The notes below the pieces were generated by a model. The model had not been told where the DNA came from, searched no databases, and saw nothing but the letters and a program-made list of their open reading frames with translations. A program made the translations under genes and the position numbers. 64,000 nucleotides of DNA from an uncultured delta proteobacterium (GTDB taxonomy: Bacteria; Myxococcota; UBA727; VGSZ01). Position 1 is the stretch's first letter. Each line of letters begins with the position of its first letter. This document shows, one piece after another, positions 42,970 through 53,985 of this stretch. Where the stretch lies: the NCBI GenBank assembly GCA_963775425.1, contig CAVZJB010000003.1, positions 608,001 through 672,000 of the forward strand, read 5' to 3'.

Positions 42970-45297
42970 CTACAGCGACAGGACGAACGCCTCGAGGTCC
43001 GCGCGGGCTTCGGGCGACAGCGACATGGCGTCGCCGTGGCTTCGCCCCGAGTAGCGCTCGAGCACGGCGCGCACCGGGTCGTGGTCGGTGGCCTCGAGGT
43101 GGTCGCCGTCTTTGACGGAGAAGCCGGCGCTCGCGGACAACAGCATGGGCCAGACGTCCCACGCGCCCACCAGGGAGGGCGGCGTGCGCCGGTCGAACGA
43201 GGTGTTCTGCTGCTCGACGCGCAGGGGCAAGGCTTGCGGCGTGTCGAGCCTCATGAAGCGCCGGCGGGTCTTTTCGTCCTGATCGGTGGCGTACAGCGGC
43301 GCCGGGTGACAGCCCGCGCACCGGCCCTCGAAGATGCTCCGCCCCTTGTCCGGGTGGCCGGTGGCGCCGCCGTCGAGGGCGAGCGCGTCGACGAAGCCGC
43401 CGTCGCGCGCGCGAAAGGGGTTTCGCCACGTCGTCAACGAGCGCGCATACAGCGCCAGGCGCTTGACCTCGTCGGGAGACATCTTGGGGTTCTGGAAGCG
43501 GTTGTTGCTCCCCACGTAGCTCACCGTGTCCTCGAGCGTCGGGTGCGCCGGCGGGTTGAAGTACGGCGGCGTGTCGCGCGTGCCCCGCACCGTGGGCGAG
43601 CGCCAGATGCGCTCCATGCCGGTCTTGGTGAAGAACACCCCCTCGCTGCTGCCGTCATGGTGGCAGACGTCGCAGGACATGCCGGTGCGCCCGAGGTCGG
43701 CGTAGAAGATGACCTCGCCGAGGCGGCGGTCCTTTTGCACGAGCGGATCGAACAGCGGCCACGACCTCGTCACGGTGGGCTTGTCGCCGCTCACGTCGAG
43801 CGCGGTGACGCGCCCCGTGAAGCGCTCGAGCACGTAGAGGGTCTTTGCGTCGGCGGAGAGCGCGAGCGCCGCCGGCCCGGCGTGCACCTCGATCCCCGCG
43901 CGCCGCTCGACGTCGTCGCCGACCTTGGGCGGCGCCGCCTCGGCCGTGAAGTCGAGCCCGTCCTTGGCGAAGTCCGCCGCGGGCCGGAACGTGGGGAACC
44001 CCTCGGGCGGCGGCAGCGCCACCGCGCCGAGCCAGGCCTCGCGCGCCTTCTTGGCGTCCTTGTCCACGAGCGCGCGCGCGTCGACGACGTGGATGAGGCC
44101 CTCGGCGATGTCGGCGGCGTAGAGGCGCCCGCGCTTTTGGTCGAGGGCGAGCGCCTCGTCGACGCCGAAGTTGCGCGCGAGGTGACGCGTGTAGCGGAGC
44201 GTGGCGGGGTCGATGACGCCGACGCCGCCGGTGGGCGACACGCCCATGTGGTCCGGGTTCGGGCCCACGTTCGGCCCCGCGCTGGCCACGAACAAGCGCT
44301 TGGCCTTCGTGTCGTAGACGAGCGCGCGCACGCCCTTTCCGCCCATCACGTCCTTGGCCCACGGCTCGGTGTGCCCGCCGAGGAGCTCGACGCCCGGGCG
44401 CGGCGCGACGCCCCTGGACACCGCGCCATCCTTCTCGCTGACGAGCTGCACCTCGCCGTCGAGGACGGAGCCGATCGCGATCCTGTCGCCGGCGACGGCG
44501 ATGCCCTGCGGGTTCGGGCCCACGGGCACCCTCCACTTCACCGCGCCCGTCTTCAGGTCCACGGCCCACAGCGTGTCGCGCGCGTGCTCGCCGATGTAGG
44601 CGACGCCGTTGTCGACGACGACGGCGTGGGCGTACGCGGGCCCCGGCAGCGTGCGCACCGCGCGCCTGCCGTCGGTGCCCGGCCGGGCCGCGACCAGCTC
44701 GAGGGACGCCGCGTAGCGGTGCACCACCGCGACGTCGTCGCCCGCGGGCGCGAGGGCCCAGGGGCCGTCGCCGACCCGAACGCGGGCGACGGCCCCGCTT
44801 TGCAGGTCGAGCGCGAACAGCTCGTCGGTGGTGGGGGAGGCCGTGAAGGCGAAGCCGTCGACGACGACGAGGCCGGTGACGTCGACGAAGCCGGTGTCGT
44901 TCACCACCGTGAGCTCGACGGCGTCGCCGGCGGCGGCGCCCTTGTCGTCGACGAGCGAGAGCTCGGCCGTGGCCTCGGCGGCGGCGTCCGGCAGCTTGAG
45001 CCCGGCGGGCAGGAGCGCGTGCGCGTGGGTGGCGTCCTCGACGACGAGCGGCAGGTCGCGCTCGAACGGCGCGCCGAGGTGGAGCTTCAAGCCGGCACGC
45101 AGGCCGCGGCCGTACAAGAGCAGGGGCTCGTCGGTCTCGTTCGACGTCGAGCGCGGGCCGACGCCCGTGAGCGTGACGGCCGCCGGCGGCGGGCCTGCGT
45201 CGGGCGCGGCGCGCTTCGCCGGGTGGCAGCCCGCCCCCGCACCGATCGCGCCGGCGGTGGCGGCCGCGGCGACGAGGAGGACGGAACACGTTCGCAT
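42970..45297 (-). CDS. Lipoprotein: YVTN-type beta-propeller + di-heme cytochrome c (peroxidase-like) domain
   Basis: Lipobox GAGC; VGDGP/VGPNP blades; CDVCH and CAGCH; SPTVRG..DTPPYF; TPPSLVG. Confidence 0.8.
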   Translation of the reverse strand: MRTCSVLLVAAAATAGAIGAGAGCHPAKRAAPDAGPPPAAVTLTGVGPRSTSNETDEPLLLYGRGLRAGLKLHLGAPFERDLPLVVEDATHAHALLPAGLKLPDAAAEATAELSLVDDKGAAAGDAVELTVVNDTGFVDVTGLVVVDGFAFTASPTTDELFALDLQSGAVARVRVGDGPWALAPAGDDVAVVHRYAASLELVAARPGTDGRRAVRTLPGPAYAHAVVVDNGVAYIGEHARDTLWAVDLKTGAVKWRVPVGPNPQGIAVAGDRIAIGSVLDGEVQLVSEKDGAVSRGVAPRPGVELLGGHTEPWAKDVMGGKGVRALVYDTKAKRLFVASAGPNVGPNPDHMGVSPTGGVGVIDPATLRYTRHLARNFGVDEALALDQKRGRLYAADIAEGLIHVVDARALVDKDAKKAREAWLGAVALPPPEGFPTFRPAADFAKDGLDFTAEAAPPKVGDDVERRAGIEVHAGPAALALSADAKTLYVLERFTGRVTALDVSGDKPTVTRSWPLFDPLVQKDRRLGEVIFYADLGRTGMSCDVCHHDGSSEGVFFTKTGMERIWRSPTVRGTRDTPPYFNPPAHPTLEDTVSYVGSNNRFQNPKMSPDEVKRLALYARSLTTWRNPFRARDGGFVDALALDGGATGHPDKGRSIFEGRCAGCHPAPLYATDQDEKTRRRFMRLDTPQALPLRVEQQNTSFDRRTPPSLVGAWDVWPMLLSASAGFSVKDGDHLEATDHDPVRAVLERYSGRSHGDAMSLSPEARADLEAFVLSL

Positions 45298-45374
45298 CGG
45301 GGACAAGCTCATGCGCACGAGGCTACCCGAGGGCGGGTTGCGGATTCGAGGGGCGATGCCCCACACTCGGCGGC

Positions 45375-45944
45375 ATGTCCGCATTCGACAGGCGAAGCGT
45401 TCTCATCGGCGGCGGCGCCACTCTCCTCGGCGGCGCGCTCGCTGCGTGTCCGAAGAAGCCCGAGCACGGCGGAGAAGCCGGCGACGAGCACCCGGAGAAG
45501 CACCCGCGCGGCGGCATGACGGCCGCCGAGGTCATCCCCATCCTCACGGCGTTCGCCGACCGCCTCATCCCCCACGACGAGCTCGGCCCGGGCGTGAAGG
45601 AGGCGGGCATGGACACGTACCTCGAGCGCACCCTGGCGGACCCGCGCATGAAGGCCATCAAGTCGCTGGTCACGCGCGGCGCCGTGTTCCTCCAGAAGGC
45701 CGCGCGCACCGAGCACCAAAAGCCCTTCGCCGCGCTCGCCGACGCCGACAAGGACGAGCTCATCAAGCGCATGGCGGGCAACGAGGTGCGCCCCAACGGC
45801 TTCTCCGCGGACGCGTTCGTGCGCGTCATGCTCGCCCTCTCGCTCGAGGGGTTCCTCGGAGACCCGCGCCACGGCGGCAACAAGGGGCACGTCGGCTGGG
45901 ACTTCGTCGGCGGCATCGACTGGATGGGGAGGAAGAAGGCGTGA
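45375..45944 (+). CDS. Gluconate 2-dehydrogenase subunit 3 family Tat lipoprotein
   Basis: DRRSVL, LAAC, DRLIP, EGFLGDPRHGGN...GW. Confidence 0.85.
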   Translation: MSAFDRRSVLIGGGATLLGGALAACPKKPEHGGEAGDEHPEKHPRGGMTAAEVIPILTAFADRLIPHDELGPGVKEAGMDTYLERTLADPRMKAIKSLVTRGAVFLQKAARTEHQKPFAALADADKDELIKRMAGNEVRPNGFSADAFVRVMLALSLEGFLGDPRHGGNKGHVGWDFVGGIDWMGRKKA

Positions 45945-47554
45945 CCACCACCTACGACCTCATCGTGGTCGGCTCGGGCGCCGGCGGCGCTCCCGTCGCG
46001 CAGCGCTGCGCGGCGGCGGGCATGAAGGTGCTCATCCTCGAGCGCGGCAAGAAGTACGTCCGCGACGACTTCGCGGACCGCGACGAGATCGAGTGGTGCC
46101 GCCGCGACCGCTTCTGGCCGAGCATCCTCACCGACCCGCACACCCGCCGCGGTGACGAGGGGCAGCACGCGCAGCGCACCACCGACGGCTGGACCAGCGT
46201 CATCCTCGGCGGCGGCACCGTGCACATGAGCGGCTTCTTCCTGCGCGCGCACCCCGACGACGCCAAGCAGGGCACGCGCCTCAAGGGCGAGCAGGCGCAC
46301 ACCGCCATCGATTGGGCCGTGCCCTTCGACGACGTCGAGAAGTACTACAAGGTGGCCGAGGACGAGATGGGCGTGTCCGGCGTGCCGGGCAGCAAGCTCG
46401 CCCCGCTCGGCGAGCACCCCATCACCAAGCAGGCGGAGGCGGCGGCCAAGAAGCTCGGCGTGCCCATCATTCGCACGCCGCGCGCCATCCTCACCGAGAA
46501 CCGCCCCGACGAGGACCGCAAGGCGTGCATGTACCACCTGGTCTGCGCCTCGTACGGCTGCCCCAACGACGCCAAGGGCTCGATGCTGAGCACGTACCTG
46601 CGGCGCGGCGAAAAGACCGGGCACCTCACCGTTCGCACCGAAGCGCTCGTGAAGAAGCTCGTGAAGAGCGGGGACCGCGTGACGGGCGTGGTCGTGAAGG
46701 ACCTGCGCACGGGCGTCGAGGACACCATCAACGCCGGCACCGTGGTGGTGGCGTGCAGCGCCGTCGAGAGCGCGCGCCTGCTGCTGTTGTCCGGCGACGG
46801 CTTCAACCCGGGGGGCAACGTCGGCAAGCACCTGTGGTTCTCGCTCTACGTCGACGTCAACGGCTTCTTCAAGAAGGAGAAGTTCCCCGAGGTGATGGCC
46901 GGCAGCCCGTTCATCCACCGCACGCTCAACTACGGCGGCGCGGTGCCCAAGGCCGAGCAGGCGGCGCTCGGCGTCGATCGCACGGGCACGATGGACCTGC
47001 TCTGGCAGCACGACAACCCCATCCATCGGGCGGAGCGCATCGCGACGGAGCACGGCATCTTCTGGGGCACCCGGCTCAAGAAGGCGATCAAGGAGCAGTT
47101 CACGCAGGGGCGCACCATCCTGTGCGAAGGCTTCGGCGAGTCGCTGCCGCACAAGGGCTCGTACGTGGACCTCGATCCCGACACCCGCGATCAACACGGC
47201 CTGCCGGTATCGCGCATTACGCACTGGCACCACCCGCGCGATCAGAAGGTGGCGGAGGCCATGCAGAAGCTCGGGACCAACGTCTTGAAGGAGATGGGCG
47301 CCGACGACGTCCGCGTCCGCGTCGGTCTCGGCGAGACCGTGATCCTGCAAGGTGGCACGTGCCGCTTCGGCAACGACGCCAAGGACAGCGTCACGGACCC
47401 CACGGGCCGGGTTCACGGCTTCAAGAACCTCTACGTCAGCGACGGCGCGAGCATCCCCTCGAGCCTCACGTGCCCGGTGACCCTGACCATCGTCGCCAAC
47501 GCCCTGCGCATCGGCGACGGCATCGTCAAGGACGCAGGCGTCAAGAAGGGCTGA
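45941..47554 (+). CDS. GMC-family flavoprotein dehydrogenase large subunit
   Basis: VVGSGAGG, LGGGT, Cys cluster CMYHLVCASYGC, GTCRFG, LYVSDG, TLTIVANA. Confidence 0.9.
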   Translation: MTTTYDLIVVGSGAGGAPVAQRCAAAGMKVLILERGKKYVRDDFADRDEIEWCRRDRFWPSILTDPHTRRGDEGQHAQRTTDGWTSVILGGGTVHMSGFFLRAHPDDAKQGTRLKGEQAHTAIDWAVPFDDVEKYYKVAEDEMGVSGVPGSKLAPLGEHPITKQAEAAAKKLGVPIIRTPRAILTENRPDEDRKACMYHLVCASYGCPNDAKGSMLSTYLRRGEKTGHLTVRTEALVKKLVKSGDRVTGVVVKDLRTGVEDTINAGTVVVACSAVESARLLLLSGDGFNPGGNVGKHLWFSLYVDVNGFFKKEKFPEVMAGSPFIHRTLNYGGAVPKAEQAALGVDRTGTMDLLWQHDNPIHRAERIATEHGIFWGTRLKKAIKEQFTQGRTILCEGFGESLPHKGSYVDLDPDTRDQHGLPVSRITHWHHPRDQKVAEAMQKLGTNVLKEMGADDVRVRVGLGETVILQGGTCRFGNDAKDSVTDPTGRVHGFKNLYVSDGASIPSSLTCPVTLTIVANALRIGDGIVKDAGVKKG

Positions 47555-47633
47555 ATCCCCGGGACAACGCGCGCCCCCGGACGGGAGCGGCGAGGGCGGG
47601 GACAGCGCGGCGATCGTTTGCTACACCGCGTTC

Positions 47634-48815
47634 GTGCTCCGGCCGCTGACCCGCTTGCGCCTCCTGCTCCCTCCGGGCCGCGACGCCGACGTGCGCACGC
47701 CGTCCACGGTGGAGACGATCGCGGGGCGCATCGCCGACGCGCTCGCCGTCCACGGGGTGCAGGTGCGGCAGCAGGTCCGCGGCGCGCCCTTCGACGGCGC
47801 CCCCCGCGCCGACGTCGCGCTGTGGTTCCCCGACGAGACCGGCGCCGTCCCCGCGCCCGATCCCCGCGCGGCGCCGGCGCGCGTGCACGCCGCGCTCGTC
47901 GTCGAGCCCAGCGCAGGCGGAAAGAACCTCTCCCGCTACGACGCCCTCGTCGTCCCCCACCCGTCGCTGCGCGATCCCGTGCGCGCGGCGCAGAAGAAGG
48001 CTGCGCACGCCGGCCGCGAGATCCCCGTCGTCGTGGCGCGGCTCGCCGGCGCGCCGCCCGCCGCCCGCGAGGCCGAGAAGGCGCTGCGCGGCGTCGCCGG
48101 CCGCCTCGTGGTCGTCGTCGACGTGCGGGGCAAGGAGGGGGGCGCTCGAGGCTCCGGCCTCGACTTCGAAGCCGACATCGAGCGCGTCGTCGTGCAGCTC
48201 GCGCTCCAGGCGCAGGCCGCCGCCGTCGTCCTCCTCGCCCCGCACGAGGAGCGCGCCCGCGCGCGCGTCCGCGCCCTGTGCGCGCGCCACGGCGTGGACG
48301 CCTGGCTCGCCTCGGGCGCCGAAGCCTTCGCGCAGTCCGTCGGCGCCGCCGACCTCGTCGTCGGCTGCCCGGCCTGGCACGAGATCCTGCTCACCGCGCT
48401 CACGCGCACCGCGGTGTCGCTGCTGCCGTTCGAGGGCCCGCACGCGATCGTCGACGGCCTCCTCGCCGCCCGCGCCGTCGACGACGTCATGGGCGTGCTC
48501 CAGCTCGCCGCGGCGCTCGATCGCCGCCTCGCCGACCCCGGCGCGCTCGAGGCCAAGGGCATCGCGCTGCGCGAGGCGCTCTTTGGCGCCGACAAGGACC
48601 TGGCCGACGCCCTCGCCGCCCTCGAGCCGCTCCCGCAGGGCGCGCACCTGCAGAGCGCGTGGGAGCCCGTGGGCCCCCAGGCCGCGCAGCCGGGGCAGGG
48701 CGGCGGCCCCGTCGTCGACGCGCGCGACGCGGGCGCCCCCGCCGAGCCCTCGCGCGGCCAGAAGATCGAAGACGCGCTCGAGGCCCTCAAGGCGCGCATC
48801 GGGAAGGCCGAGTGA
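47634..48815 (+). CDS. Hypothetical protein, possibly a degenerate GT-B glycosyltransferase
   Basis: AADLVVG.P-like segment; C-terminal IEDALEALKARIG helix. Confidence 0.5.
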   Translation: MLRPLTRLRLLLPPGRDADVRTPSTVETIAGRIADALAVHGVQVRQQVRGAPFDGAPRADVALWFPDETGAVPAPDPRAAPARVHAALVVEPSAGGKNLSRYDALVVPHPSLRDPVRAAQKKAAHAGREIPVVVARLAGAPPAAREAEKALRGVAGRLVVVVDVRGKEGGARGSGLDFEADIERVVVQLALQAQAAAVVLLAPHEERARARVRALCARHGVDAWLASGAEAFAQSVGAADLVVGCPAWHEILLTALTRTAVSLLPFEGPHAIVDGLLAARAVDDVMGVLQLAAALDRRLADPGALEAKGIALREALFGADKDLADALAALEPLPQGAHLQSAWEPVGPQAAQPGQGGGPVVDARDAGAPAEPSRGQKIEDALEALKARIGKAE

Positions 48816-48822
48816 GCGCTCC

Positions 48823-49563
48823 GTGATCGATCTGCATTGCCACATCCACCCCGGCGTCGACGACGGCTGCCCCGACGAAGACGCCTCCATCGCGCTCGCC
48901 CGCGCGCTCGTCGACGCCGGCGTCACCACGGCGGCTTGCACGTCGCACGTGCGCCCCGACAAGGGCTGGATGAACGTCAAGGCGGGCGACGCCGCCCGCG
49001 TCGCCCACCTGCGCGACGTCCTCGCCGGCGCCGGCGTCCCCCTCGAGGTGGTGGGCGGCGCCGAGCACTACATGGACGCCGCGGTCTTCGGCGCCCTCGA
49101 CGGCCTCGCCGACCTGGCGGTGCCCTACGGCGCCTCGCGCTGGATGCTCGTCGAGACCCCGTACCTCGGCGAGCCGCCGAACCTCCTCGAGGTGCTCCAC
49201 GGCGTGCGCCGCCGCGGGTTCCGTGTGCTGCTCGCCCACGTCGAGCGCTTCCCGTACCTCTCGGACAAGCTCGACAACACGCGCCGCCTCGTCGACGCCG
49301 GGCTCGCCGTCCAGGTGAACCTCGGCTCGCTCGCCGGCGCGTACAACCACGCGCAGAAGAAGAACGCCGAGCGCCTCTTGAAGGAGGGGCTCGTCAGCGT
49401 GCTCGCGGGAGACTGCCACCGCGCCGAGGACGTCGACCGGAACATCGTGAAGGGCCTGGCCGCCGCCGCCAGGCTCGTGGGCGCCGACGTGGTGCAGCGG
49501 CTGACGGTGGAGAACCCGCGACACATCCTGGACGACGCCCCGCCCGAACGGATCCTGCCTTGA
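48823..49563 (+). CDS. PHP-family tyrosine-protein phosphatase (CpsB/YwqE-like)
   Basis: IDLHCHIHPGVDDG, TSH, LAHVER, QVN, GDCH. Confidence 0.9.
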   Translation: MIDLHCHIHPGVDDGCPDEDASIALARALVDAGVTTAACTSHVRPDKGWMNVKAGDAARVAHLRDVLAGAGVPLEVVGGAEHYMDAAVFGALDGLADLAVPYGASRWMLVETPYLGEPPNLLEVLHGVRRRGFRVLLAHVERFPYLSDKLDNTRRLVDAGLAVQVNLGSLAGAYNHAQKKNAERLLKEGLVSVLAGDCHRAEDVDRNIVKGLAAAARLVGADVVQRLTVENPRHILDDAPPERILP

Positions 49564-50690
49564 GCGAGGACGCCGCCGCCCCCGCCGCGCGCCCCGGCAC
49601 CGTGGCCAACCTGGTGAAGCTCTTCGTGAGCCTCGCCGTCGGCGGCGTGTGCCTGGTGCTGGCCTTCCGCGGCATCGCCTCCACCGACGAGCAGACCGGC
49701 GTCCCGTGGAAGGCGATCGGCGCGACCATGCGCGGCACCGCGTGGTGGGGGTACGTCGGGTGGACGCTCTTGCTCGCGGTGCAGATCCTCCTGCGCACCC
49801 AGCGCTGGCGCATCCAGGTGCGCGGCCTGACGGGCGCGATGCCGTCGGTGCGCGAGAGCCTCGCCATCAATTGCGTGAGCTTCGCGGCGGTGTTCCTGCT
49901 CCCCTTCCGGCTCGGCGAGCTCGTCCGGCCCAACATGGTCGCCGAGCGGAAGATCATGAGCCGCTCCGCGGGCCTCGCCGCCACCTTCCTCGAGCGCTCC
50001 ATCGACGGCATCGTCACCACGGGGTTCTTCGGCCTCGTCCTGGTGCTCATGGGCCACCGCGAGGTGCCGGAGGCGGTGCGGGTGGGCGGCTGGACGGCCG
50101 TCTGCGTCTTCGGCGGCGCCCTCACGTTCTTCTTCGTCGCATTTCGCTGGCGGGAGGGGACCGCGCGCGTGTTCGAGCGCGTCGTGGGCCTCGTCCACGG
50201 CGCGCTCGCGCGCAAGCTCGGGGCCCTGTTGCGCGGCTTCCTCGACGGGCTCGCCTGCTTCGAGAAGCCCGGCGACCTCGCAGGCTACGTGGCGTGCACC
50301 GTCGCGTATTGGTTCACCAACGGCCTCGGCATGCTGTTGCTCCTGCGCGCGATGCACATCGAGACCGAGGCGCTGGCGGCGTTCTTCACGCTCTGCTTCC
50401 TCGTCATCGGCGTGATGATCCCCGCGCCGCCGGGCAACGTCGGCAACTTCCACGCGTTCGCCCGCGCGGGCCTGGCGGTGTTCGCGGTGCCGCCGGCGGC
50501 GGCCATCGGCTACGCCATCCTGCTGCACCTGCTGACCGTGGGCGGCATCGTGCTCGCCGCCGCCGTGTTCTTCGTGAGCGGCGACGTGAGCCTCGCGCGC
50601 ATCCGCCGGGCGACGGCGGCGCCCCCGCCGGCGGGCCCGTCGCCGGTGGGCCCTGCGCCGGCGGGCCCTACGCCGGCGGGCCCTTCGTAA
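49560..50690 (+). CDS. UPF0104/lysylphosphatidylglycerol synthase TM (flippase-like) protein
   Basis: RW, LPFRLGELVRP, ERSID, PAPPGNVGNFH; TTG start overlaps the upstream stop. Confidence 0.85.
   Translation: MSEDAAAPAARPGTVANLVKLFVSLAVGGVCLVLAFRGIASTDEQTGVPWKAIGATMRGTAWWGYVGWTLLLAVQILLRTQRWRIQVRGLTGAMPSVRESLAINCVSFAAVFLLPFRLGELVRPNMVAERKIMSRSAGLAATFLERSIDGIVTTGFFGLVLVLMGHREVPEAVRVGGWTAVCVFGGALTFFFVAFRWREGTARVFERVVGLVHGALARKLGALLRGFLDGLACFEKPGDLAGYVACTVAYWFTNGLGMLLLLRAMHIETEALAAFFTLCFLVIGVMIPAPPGNVGNFHAFARAGLAVFAVPPAAAIGYAILLHLLTVGGIVLAAAVFFVSGDVSLARIRRATAAPPPAGPSPVGPAPAGPTPAGPS
50628..50687 (+). repeat. 15-bp coding tandem repeat x4 (PAGPx)
   Basis: ccggYgggcc(c)..cg units at 50628, 50643, 50658, 50673. 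Confidence 0.85.
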
Positions 50691-50814
50691 GGGAGTCGGG
50701 GAACAGCGCCTCGACCAGGGCGTCGATCTCGGCTTCGTCGACGATGTCCTCGAAGAGGTCCTCTTCGGCCTCGGTGAACACCTTGGCGGCCGTCGGGAGC
50801 AGCGATGCGTTCAT
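50668..50814 (-). CDS. 48-aa acidic small protein (not in the ORF track)
   Basis: AGGAGG 5 nt before ATG; MNASLLPTAAKVFTEAEEDLFEDIVDEAEIDALVEALFPDSLTKGPPA*; strong GC3 bias. Confidence 0.65.
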   Translation of the reverse strand: MNASLLPTAAKVFTEAEEDLFEDIVDEAEIDALVEALFPDSLTKGPPA

Positions 50815-50907
50815 GGGTGCCTCCTGGCGCCACTTTGCGCCCGCAGGATCCCCGTCTCCAGTTTTTGGCCGCCCGGTGGCTGTCTCGGGGACCCGCGGCA
50901 GACGCGG

Positions 50908-51028
50908 TTGACGTGGTCGACACGGATGGTAGGACGGTGTGCGAGTGCGCTGCCGCGCTCACCAGCACCACACGTCCACGACGTCGGCGCTGGGGTCCCG
51001 CGCCGCTTTCTGCGGTTCGGGGGACCCC
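50908..51028 (+). promoter_or_regulatory. Candidate rimP operon promoter and leader hairpin
   Basis: TTGACG-N16-TAGGAC; hairpin GGGGTCCC...GCCGC-TTTCT-GCGGT...GGGACCCC at 50992-51028. Confidence 0.5.
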
Positions 51029-51050
51029 GCGGCAGCCGGGAGCGTGTGCC

Positions 51051-51566
51051 GTGGAGCTCGAGCCGTTTCTCGTGCCGTTCGAAGGTCAGAGCGAGGCTCT
51101 GCGCGAGGTGATCGAGCCCGCGCTGGCCGCCGTCGGCCTCGAGCTCGTGCAGCTCCACTTCGTCCGCGGCGCGCACAAGGACACGCTCCGGCTCTTCGTC
51201 GATCGCAAAAGCGGGGGCGTCTCCGTCTCCGAGCTCGAGAAGGCCAACCGCCTCTTGAGCGACCTCCTCGACGTCGAGGATCAGGAGCAGCACCTGTTCC
51301 CGCACGCCTACGACCTCGAGGTGGGCAGCCCGGGCCTCGATCGCCCGCTCACCAAGCGCAGCCACTTCCAGCGCTGCGTCGGCCAGCGCGTGCGCGTGAA
51401 GACCCGCGTGGCGCTCGAGGGCGCGCGCTCCTTCACCGGTGAGATCAAGGCCGTCGACGACGCCGCCCTCGAGGTCGACGGCCACCGCATCCCGTACGAA
51501 GAGATTCAGAGCGCGCACGTCGTCTACGTGTTCGAGACCCCGAAGAAACCCGGAAAGAAGCGATGA
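51051..51566 (+). CDS. rimP: Ribosome maturation factor RimP
   Basis: [25 protein letters not shown]; directly upstream of nusA. Confidence 0.92.
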   Translation: MELEPFLVPFEGQSEALREVIEPALAAVGLELVQLHFVRGAHKDTLRLFVDRKSGGVSVSELEKANRLLSDLLDVEDQEQHLFPHAYDLEVGSPGLDRPLTKRSHFQRCVGQRVRVKTRVALEGARSFTGEIKAVDDAALEVDGHRIPYEEIQSAHVVYVFETPKKPGKKR

Positions 51567-51589
51567 CCACAGCCACAAGGAGCGTCGGA

Positions 51590-53269
<1,680 letters not shown>

Positions 53270-53308
53270 CCGGCGCTGCCGGCGGCACGCGACGACGAGG
53301 AGGACGGC

Positions 53309-53950
53309 GTGAGCCGGAAGAAGCAGGGTGGCGGCAAGCGGCGGAAGGCGCTCGATCACGACGAGCCCTTTCGCATGTGCGTCGCCTGCCGGGCGTCGCG
53401 CCCGCGCGAGGAGATGCTCCGCTTCGCCCGCGCCCCCGACGGCGGCGTCGGCTTCGACGTGCGCGCGCGGCTGCCCGGGCGCGGCGCGTGGACCTGCGCC
53501 GATCCCGCGTGCGTGGAGAAGGCCATCTTCAAGGGCGGCTTCGCGCGGGCGTTCGAGGCGCCCGTCCTCGTGGCGGACGCCGCCGCCTTCGTCGCCGGGG
53601 TGCGCGCCGTGTTGGAGGCCGAGGCCCTCGCGGGCCTCGGGCTCCTGCGCAAGGCGGGCGCGCTGTCGGCGGGCCGTGACGAGGTGGCGCGCGCCGTCGG
53701 CGCCGGCGGCGTCAGCGCGCTCGTCCTCGCGCGCGACCTGTCCGCGCGCAGCCGCGCCGAGGTCACCCGGGAGGGCGTGACGACGGTGGCGGGGCCCGAC
53801 CAGGCGGGCATCGGCCGCGCAGTGGGCAGGAAGCCGACGGGCGTGCTCGCGGTTCACGGGGGGCCCCGCAGCGAGCGGCTCCTCTCCGACCTGAAAAAGC
53901 TCGAAAAGTTCACGACAACGCCGCTTGCCGAAGCGGTTGGGGAAGCCTAG
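53309..53950 (+). CDS. ylxR: YlxR/DUF448 fused to an L7Ae-like domain
   Basis: [27 protein letters not shown]. Confidence 0.85.
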   Translation: MSRKKQGGGKRRKALDHDEPFRMCVACRASRPREEMLRFARAPDGGVGFDVRARLPGRGAWTCADPACVEKAIFKGGFARAFEAPVLVADAAAFVAGVRAVLEAEALAGLGLLRKAGALSAGRDEVARAVGAGGVSALVLARDLSARSRAEVTREGVTTVAGPDQAGIGRAVGRKPTGVLAVHGGPRSERLLSDLKKLEKFTTTPLAEAVGEA

Positions 53951-53985
53951 AACACCCGACGTCTTCGACGTGGGAGTGTGTCTGG

